Assembly (NCBI GenBank): GCA_038893995.1
Contig: JAWAQK010000016.1
Coordinates: forward strand, 231 to 32,230
Source of the DNA: Candidatus Thorarchaeota archaeon
Lineage (GTDB): Archaea; Asgardarchaeota; Thorarchaeia; Thorarchaeales; Thorarchaeaceae
DNA length: 32,000 bases
Direction of reading: 5' to 3'
Shown: positions 25,879-32,000 of the stretch, one piece after another
Numbering within the stretch: position 1 is the stretch's first letter
Layout of the letters: every line of letters starts with the position of its first letter
Program-made: the position numbers and the translations under genes
Notes under the pieces: model-generated
What the model was told of the DNA's origin: nothing
The model's database searches: none
The model's input: the letters and a program-made list of their open reading frames with translations, nothing else

Positions 25879-25984
25879 ATTCGACGGGCCGGCACAGCAA
25901 TCACACCTCACTCTCATCCAGACACTAGAGGCCTGTCACATACCGCAGGGTCCAGCGGTGCGTCGGACTGCATTCCAGAGGGGC

Positions 25985-27643
25985 TCACAGAGATTGACCG
26001 CACTTGGGACAGAACTTGGCACCCCTTGTCTCAGCACCACACTTGGGACATCTGCCAGAATATGAGTCCCATAGCGCCTGTACTCGCTCGAGAACACCCT
26101 CTCTCAACAGCTGTCTGGACTGAAGTGCACTGAGGCCTCTCGAGAGTTTCTCACGCCCCTCCGGGTTGGTGAACAGGTTGCCTCTCGTGCATGCGCCCAT
26201 GAGGTCACCCCTGAATCCCGGGACCCGAAGCATCCACTGGTCAATGAGACCCCTGAATGTCTGTTCAAGACCCTTGTCGACGGGGATCAACTCAACTCGT
26301 TCGCCGATCCTGTCCTCTGGGATCACCATAGGTACCACTACAGCGTACGAATTGTCCTCGTAGATGCCGACATAGGTATGAATCTGAATCTGTGTGAGTG
26401 GAGTGATTCCGGCTATTGAGCTGCTCTCTATAGATAGCGATGTCAGCCTGAGGAACTCAGACTGATGGTCGCCGATTGCGTCATCGAGTGCCTTTAGGAC
26501 CCTGTCGGCTGAGTTCTTGACATTCGTCCTGAGTTCATTCAGCTCCGCAAGTGCACGATCCATCTCCTGCCGGGTCTGTTCCACACGTCTGGTCTTCTCA
26601 GCGAGCTGCTTCTGTGTCTCCGAATCGATACGCGAGATCTCCTCCCTGACCCTCGTCTCCGTGGTCTCAGCAGACCTCCTGATCTCGTCCGATTTCCTGT
26701 CGACGTCTCTGATCACCTCGGCATAACGTGGAACAGACTTTGAGATCTCATCTGTGAGGCGTCCGTACCTTGACAGAGCAGATACGACGTTGTCACCACA
26801 CTGGCCAACCTCAGCCCGGGCAGACCTGACTCTCTCTAGTATGTCCTCGAAGAAGCGTTCTATGTCCCCCATTGACCTCGATAGCTCAGCCGTGAGCGCC
26901 CGCAGTTCCATCTTCTGCTTCTCTCTGGCAGAATACTCCATGTCCTTCTGTTGCTTCCTCAGAGTCTCGCTGTCCTGCTGAACACGCTCCTCCGCCTGCC
27001 GGAGACGTAGGTCCCATTTACCCTTCTCACTGGAGATGACGTTGTCGAGTACCGTGATATGACTGCCCAATCTCTCCTGGGCAACTCGCCTCAGCTCCTC
27101 GAGAGTGTCCACTCTCATCCGACAGGCCTCTAGCAGTCTCTTGTACTCCTCCGCCATTGACAGGGCCTTCTGCGAATCCGTTCTCATCTCCATCAGATTG
27201 GGCGAGGATGACAGGTCTGCCTCCGACGTCAGTGCCCCCACACCCTGAAGCAACTCTGGCGGAACGACATTTCCGATCTTCTGAACAGACTTATCGATAT
27301 GCTCTACCGCAGAAAGAAGTCGATCTCGGAGTTTCACCACATCTGCTGCCTCGTGGATCTCGGTCGTCAGGATACGTCTGAACTCATTGAGTCTCTTCCT
27401 GTCGGTCAGTTCGACGGTCTGATCGACACCACCAGATGCTGCCACCAGAAGAGAGCGGTGAGGCGTCACCTGGACTGCCCAGATAGGAAAGACGACAGGA
27501 GAGAACTTTGTGACCGTCTTCCGCCCTCCCCTGGCACTCTCGACTGACAGGAGGGCGAGGGGAGTCACAAGATCGTCACTCACCGGCTCAAGTCGGCCAC
27601 CGGTCCTCCGAAAACCCGATGCAATTGCAAGATATCTGACCAC
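25985..27643 (-). CDS. Coiled-coil protein (552 aa) with C-terminal double-CxxC zinc ribbon; function unknown
   Basis: The start is GTG at 27643, with AGGGGTG 7 nt upstream. Residues about 150-400 are charged heptad-like helix (for example RLRQAEERVQQDSETLRKQQKDMEYSAREKQKMELRALTAEL). The C-terminus is CPKCGAETRGAKFCPKCGQSL. There is no TM segment and no Walker motif. Confidence 0.75.
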   Translation of the reverse strand: MVRYLAIASGFRRTGGRLEPVSDDLVTPLALLSVESARGGRKTVTKFSPVVFPIWAVQVTPHRSLLVAASGGVDQTVELTDRKRLNEFRRILTTEIHEAADVVKLRDRLLSAVEHIDKSVQKIGNVVPPELLQGVGALTSEADLSSSPNLMEMRTDSQKALSMAEEYKRLLEACRMRVDTLEELRRVAQERLGSHITVLDNVISSEKGKWDLRLRQAEERVQQDSETLRKQQKDMEYSAREKQKMELRALTAELSRSMGDIERFFEDILERVRSARAEVGQCGDNVVSALSRYGRLTDEISKSVPRYAEVIRDVDRKSDEIRRSAETTETRVREEISRIDSETQKQLAEKTRRVEQTRQEMDRALAELNELRTNVKNSADRVLKALDDAIGDHQSEFLRLTSLSIESSSIAGITPLTQIQIHTYVGIYEDNSYAVVVPMVIPEDRIGERVELIPVDKGLEQTFRGLIDQWMLRVPGFRGDLMGACTRGNLFTNPEGREKLSRGLSALQSRQLLREGVLERVQALWDSYSGRCPKCGAETRGAKFCPKCGQSL

Positions 27644-27728
27644 TCAAACACCCCTGAATTGAAACCAAGCCACGTGCCCCCAATTATGTGTTGTGATGAC
27701 ACGGGCACGGATCCAGGTCCCCCGGGGT

Positions 27729-29276
27729 CTAGACAGTATCTGCAGTATCCCCAGGGGAGCAGGGTGCACAGGGGAACACGAGCGTTATCACGTTCCATCC
27801 CTGCTCCTCCTGATACGAATACCTCACGTGGGCACCATAGCGCTCAGCCAGTAGCTTCACGACCGAGAGGTCCAAGCCAAGGGCGGTGTTCCAGGAGACC
27901 TCATCTGACGTGAGCGAGGTCTCAATCTCCGATGGGATGCGATAGGCCGCAAAGGCGAGGTTGACGTACACCAGGTCGCCGCTCATTGACACGTCTAGGT
28001 GCACATCAGGATTCTTGTTCGAGGAGTAGCGGGCAGCAAACACCATGAAACTGACAAACATCAGCTCGAGTAGGTCGTCAGCCAGCACCATCGGCCTACG
28101 ACATGTCCTGTCGTCCAGTACTATTCTCACCGAGTCATACGTCGTCCCCTTGGCAGATTCGATCGCTGCAGCCAGCGTCGAGATGAGGCCAACTGGCCTG
28201 AGAACATCGCCTGGTGACTGTTTCACCCGGCCCAAGATCTCGACCTGACGATTGACGAGTGCAGACTTCTCGACTAACATGCGAGCGCTCTCCAACATGG
28301 TCTCGTCTGCCCCGCCTCGCTCTGAGAGAAGCTCAAGGTAGACGACCAGTCCCTGAAGCAGGTTCCCGACCTCATGCGCCCACATTCTGAGATAGAAGTC
28401 TGACTCCTGTCTTGATCTCGTTAGCTCTCTCGTGCGTTCCTGAATGATCTCTTCGAGTGTAGTTCTCGTCTCGAAGACTGCCCTAACGACGACTGCAAGG
28501 GCCAGGATGGCAAGCCCAAACAATAGGGACGAGATCCAGAGAAGTCCCCCATACTCGTACTTGGCCTGCTGGTTGCTAAAGATCATCATTCCCACAAGCC
28601 AGAAACTCAACATCATCGCTGCAGCCAGATCAGTGGAGCGATGAACCCAGACCCATCTGACCGAGAAGATCACCAGGGTCGACACGGTCATCCAGAGGAT
28701 GTAGGCAAGCATCACTGAACCGAGAGGGGTGACATCGTTGGTACCCGGCACGACTACGAGAAACGGTAGCACGGGACTGACGAACACCGCAATCATCAAC
28801 ATTGGAGCGACCAGGCAGCCTGTGACTGCGGCGACCAACCTGAGTATCTTTATCCAGCGCCTCTGACCGCGTAGCGACACAGCGAATAACCCTGTCACAG
28901 TCGACAGTCCCATCAACCAGACCACGACCCGGAATCTGTCGCGGCTGGCCAAAGGCGATAGACCCTCGAAGGCATAGTGTGTGAGAAAGAAGACAAACGT
29001 CATCACGACTATGTTTGCGGCCACAAGAGAGAGAATCAGGTCCTCTGGACTCCTGAGCTGTACGTAGGAGATCAATGCATGAGCGAACACGATCCCGGCA
29101 GACACGGCCAGCATCAAGACGAGTATGAACATCCAAAGTGTGAACGCTGGAGACGGCAGGACAGCTCCTCCTGGTCGACCAGCATCAGTCGTCAGGACAT
29201 ACAGACCCAGTATAAGGGCGAGACCAGCCACGTAGGATACCGTCAGAGGGTAGACATTCCTTCGCGGGTCTGCCAT
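27729..29276 (-). CDS. Polytopic membrane histidine-kinase-like sensor (515 aa), paralog of 14237-16531
   Basis: About 290 aa of hydrophobic helices are followed by the H-box-like MWAHEVGNLLQGLVVYLELL and a G2-like TALGLDLSVVKLLAERYGAHV. It shares the YR..SE segment with the other kinase-like protein. Confidence 0.75.
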   Translation of the reverse strand: MADPRRNVYPLTVSYVAGLALILGLYVLTTDAGRPGGAVLPSPAFTLWMFILVLMLAVSAGIVFAHALISYVQLRSPEDLILSLVAANIVVMTFVFFLTHYAFEGLSPLASRDRFRVVVWLMGLSTVTGLFAVSLRGQRRWIKILRLVAAVTGCLVAPMLMIAVFVSPVLPFLVVVPGTNDVTPLGSVMLAYILWMTVSTLVIFSVRWVWVHRSTDLAAAMMLSFWLVGMMIFSNQQAKYEYGGLLWISSLLFGLAILALAVVVRAVFETRTTLEEIIQERTRELTRSRQESDFYLRMWAHEVGNLLQGLVVYLELLSERGGADETMLESARMLVEKSALVNRQVEILGRVKQSPGDVLRPVGLISTLAAAIESAKGTTYDSVRIVLDDRTCRRPMVLADDLLELMFVSFMVFAARYSSNKNPDVHLDVSMSGDLVYVNLAFAAYRIPSEIETSLTSDEVSWNTALGLDLSVVKLLAERYGAHVRYSYQEEQGWNVITLVFPCAPCSPGDTADTV

Positions 29277-29524
29277 CAGGGGTGTCTCGCTCCCACCTTC
29301 TTGTAGCAGGCCAAGATGTATCGCCGACCCTTATGAAGGATGTTTGTGGGTCCCTTCACGAGCAGTCGCGTGATAGTCTGCTGATCCGCAACTATGGACA
29401 ACTCAATGGCAACTTGGACGGAGTGCTGTCCTTCGGTGGTCGAATACCTTTTATGAGTGTCTTTCGCCGATAACTACCCCCAGTAGTCGGGTGGACGCAT
29501 ATCACAGGCTGGAGAACTTGCACA

Positions 29525-29944
29525 ATGGTCAAAGAAAGGTCCGCCAATGAGATGATGGACTTCGCCTCAAGATGGCTCGAAGCATGGACGGGAAACCAAC
29601 CTGAGAAGCTGCTTGAGTTCTACACGGATGACGCCATATATGCAGACCCAGCCCACCGAGATGGCCTTCGCGGAAAGGATGAGATCAGAGAGTACTTCGT
29701 GAAACTACTAGCGGTATACCATGACTGGGTCTGGAAGCCAATTGAGGTGTTTCCGACACCCAGAGGTATGGTTGTCAAGTGGAAATGCTGGATAAACGTC
29801 GGAGGCGAGACAATCGAGGAGGTCGGGGTGGACATAGTCGAACTGCGCGAGGGAAGAATATCGAGGAACGAGGTCTATTTCGACCGAACGAGGCTAGTCG
29901 AGCTGGTCGAGAGGAGTAGGAGGGCCTACAGACTGAAGAACTGA
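29525..29944 (+). CDS. SnoaL-like / NTF2-fold protein
   Basis: The sequence WLEAWTGNQPEKLLEFYTDDAIYADPA...GKDEIREYF is the typical SnoaL-like N-terminal pattern. The size is 139 aa. GGAGAA lies 8 nt upstream. Confidence 0.7.
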   Translation: MVKERSANEMMDFASRWLEAWTGNQPEKLLEFYTDDAIYADPAHRDGLRGKDEIREYFVKLLAVYHDWVWKPIEVFPTPRGMVVKWKCWINVGGETIEEVGVDIVELREGRISRNEVYFDRTRLVELVERSRRAYRLKN

Positions 29945-29960
29945 GCTGTGTGCGGACCTG

Positions 29961-30695
29961 TCAAAGCTCGTTGAGCCAACCTGCGACTGCACTGTTGAAC
30001 TCGCGATGTCGTTCAAGCATGACCATGTGGCCTGCATCTGATATCACGGCGAGCTTGCTGTCACGTATCCTGTCCCTGAGAAATGTCGAGTACTTCACCG
30101 GAGTCATCACGTCCTTGTCGCCCACGACTATCAGGGTCGGTACGACTATCTCCTGGACACGATCCATTATGTCAAACCGATTGCAGACCTCAAAGTCCCT
30201 CTTGACAACTGACGACGGACACTTGCGCATCTCGGCGATCGATGCCTCTACCATCTCTGTGTCCGCACCCTCCGCGAAGACGTAGCTTGCCATGCTTGTC
30301 ACGTACGAATCGAAGTCGCGGTCCAGCAGATCGAATATGAGGGGGTTGACTCTTAGTCTGGCGCCTGTCCCAACTAGGATAAGTCCGCCGATCTTCCGCG
30401 GATATGACAGCGCGTACAACTGAGCGATGGCACCGCCCATTGAATGGCCTACAAGAACAGGTCTATCGAACTCGCCAACGACCTTGTCAACATCATCAAT
30501 GTACGACTGTGTCACATCCGGCTCGTTCCTGTCTGGTGTTGACCCGTGACCGTTCAGGTCAATTGCAACCACGTGTGCAGCCTGTCTCAGACCTCGGAGC
30601 TGCATGAACCAGGTCGCAGATGACCCGCCCGCACCATGGACTAATACCACCGGTCTCAGACTCGTGCTGCCGGCACGCTCAGTGTGTACGAACAT
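29961..30695 (-). CDS. Alpha/beta-fold hydrolase
   Basis: Motifs seen are VVLVHGAGG, the nucleophile elbow GHSMGG and a C-terminal DAGHMVMLE histidine motif. Confidence 0.85.
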   Translation of the reverse strand: MFVHTERAGSTSLRPVVLVHGAGGSSATWFMQLRGLRQAAHVVAIDLNGHGSTPDRNEPDVTQSYIDDVDKVVGEFDRPVLVGHSMGGAIAQLYALSYPRKIGGLILVGTGARLRVNPLIFDLLDRDFDSYVTSMASYVFAEGADTEMVEASIAEMRKCPSSVVKRDFEVCNRFDIMDRVQEIVVPTLIVVGDKDVMTPVKYSTFLRDRIRDSKLAVISDAGHMVMLERHREFNSAVAGWLNEL

Positions 30696-30781
30696 GACGA
30701 TGAAGGGCCCCCAACCGGGGACTTAGCCTTTTCTACTTGAACGTTTCCAACAGGGATACACGATACTGAATCCCCCCAGAT

Positions 30782-31264
30782 ATGCTTAAATCGCATTCCC
30801 CACGATGCGGTCTGAGGTTCTGCGCAATGTTCCACAATAGGACCTCATTCCTGCTATGTGTCACCGGAGGTGCCCTGATGGTGCTGTCTGGAATCGCAGG
30901 CTCGCTCTGGTGGCTAACAGAGTTCGTGGACGACCTGGGGATGATGTTCGGACCTCATTTTCGAGTCACCGCATCGATCTTGATGGGCATACTAGGGGGC
31001 CTCATGGTCATGGCGGGGATCATGATAGTAGTATCAGGCGGCCTTCTGACTACACCGAGAGTCTTACTCGGTAGGAAGCTACTCTTGGTGTCTGTGATTA
31101 CGGGTGTTATGGGACTCGCAGCCAGCCTGGTCCAGTCAGTGCTGTCCAACAACATCGTGATCGACATCTCCGTCCAGATACCACAGTCAGTTGGTTGGGT
31201 GGGAGCCATTCTTTCAGTAATTGCACTGAACATAGCGGACCAGGGGCCTCTAGTGGCACATTAG
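30782..31264 (+). CDS. Small integral membrane protein (about 4 TM helices)
   Basis: There are four hydrophobic segments. The true start may be M16 (30827, MFHNRTSFLL...), because a CTTAAAT TATA-like element at 30784-30790 lies inside the longer ORF. Confidence 0.55.
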   Translation: MLKSHSPRCGLRFCAMFHNRTSFLLCVTGGALMVLSGIAGSLWWLTEFVDDLGMMFGPHFRVTASILMGILGGLMVMAGIMIVVSGGLLTTPRVLLGRKLLLVSVITGVMGLAASLVQSVLSNNIVIDISVQIPQSVGWVGAILSVIALNIADQGPLVAH

Positions 31265-31322
31265 AGTCAGAGAGCCCAGTCGGGCAGTTCGATAGTCGCA
31301 GGCGAGTAGCGACAACATCTGG

Positions 31323-31952
31323 TCATGTAGTACCCCAGACTGTCAGTCCAAGCTTCGGTACCGCGTTCCCAAGAGCTGCGGCCAGCAATATCGTGCGTGA
31401 GCGGAACTCATCGGCCGAGGCGGTCATCCCAAGCTTGTGGTCTCTCACATGCAGGCCGTGCCGCATTGCGATCTCCTCCAGGTTGGATGCCTCGATTGGC
31501 GATACGGAAACCTGGAAGCAGAGACCATCCTCCCTGCCCCTGTTGGAAAACTTACACAGGATGTCCAGTTGGACGTGATCGGGAAGGACCGTTCTGAAAC
31601 GCCCACCAAACCTTCGGAAGACCACTGCGTGAAACCCGAACGCGAAGTTCAGTACCTCAAGGATGTAGTTCGCCAGCGGATATGGAAGAGAGCAGCGCAA
31701 CCATGCGAACAAGACGAGGGCCACCACTACAGTGGTGACCACGAAGAGTAGGGTAGCAGATCCATAGAACACTGTATTGCCCAGGACCCAACCCTCGCCG
31801 GCCCACATTGGCGGGGCGACTGACAAGAGGTCTTGTACCAGTGGGCTGAAAGACAAATACGCTGCCACCGCGGATATGGCCACGAGAGACGACACGACTA
31901 TCTTGACTCGCTCTCGGTAGAGCGCAAGGGAGATCTCTAGCCTCTCGTCCAT
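31323..31952 (-). CDS. Membrane protein with two to three N-terminal TM helices and a soluble C-terminal domain
   Basis: The ORF is complete. Hydrophobic segments include VVSSLVAISAVAAYLSF and TLLFVVTTVVVALVLFAWL. I recognise no family. Confidence 0.55.
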   Translation of the reverse strand: MDERLEISLALYRERVKIVVSSLVAISAVAAYLSFSPLVQDLLSVAPPMWAGEGWVLGNTVFYGSATLLFVVTTVVVALVLFAWLRCSLPYPLANYILEVLNFAFGFHAVVFRRFGGRFRTVLPDHVQLDILCKFSNRGREDGLCFQVSVSPIEASNLEEIAMRHGLHVRDHKLGMTASADEFRSRTILLAAALGNAVPKLGLTVWGTT

Positions 31953-32000
31953 TGTCTAATCACCAACTGCAGTCTCGTAGATCCTCCTCTGCGTCTCACC

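Noticed and set aside
27673-27709. Inverted repeat CGTGCCC-N23-GGGCACG between the sensor and coiled-coil genes, as a possible terminator
   Set aside because: The stem is only 7 bp, the loop is 23 nt and no T-run follows on the minus strand. It may be chance or a weak operator and is not strong enough to annotate.

Overview
The window is a gene-dense 32 kb chromosomal fragment of about 55% GC. I call 23 protein-coding genes and found no rRNA, tRNA, CRISPR array, IS element or integrase. Promoter geometry points to an archaeon, possibly a Thermoplasmatota-like uncultivated lineage, but this is inference only. The supporting signs are TATA-like boxes centred 25-29 nt upstream of several start codons (leaderless mRNAs), GGAGG-type SD sites on operon-internal genes, cofC/cofD, and surface proteins with C-terminal TM anchors. 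Recognisable content: (1) a 2168-aa giant surface protein with 26 thrombospondin-type-3-like DxDxDG calcium-binding motifs, translationally coupled to a small secreted protein; (2) an FGGY sugar kinase, a COG1926-type phosphoribosyltransferase, an M20 peptidase, a TPR protein, two alpha/beta hydrolases and a SnoaL-like protein; (3) a tight nitroreductase-cofD-cofC coenzyme F420 cluster; (4) a complete BMP/PnrA-type ABC importer with binding protein, tandem-NBD ATPase and two permeases; (5) two paralogous polytopic histidine-kinase-like proteins with no response regulator in view; (6) a 552-aa coiled-coil protein ending in a double-CxxC zinc ribbon, next to a glycoprotein-like surface protein. 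The items most worth follow-up are the unassignable N-terminal ~1150 aa of the giant protein, the kinase-like paralogs with apparently degenerate ATP-binding motifs, and the orphan coiled-coil/zinc-ribbon protein. Also notable are an in-frame TGA or missing canonical start at the 5' end of the ABC ATPase, and two unusually long (~500 nt) apparently non-coding spacers that carry palindromes and phased repeats. I cannot show from sequence alone that any of these is a new system. All family calls are by-eye motif recognition and need HMM or structure confirmation.
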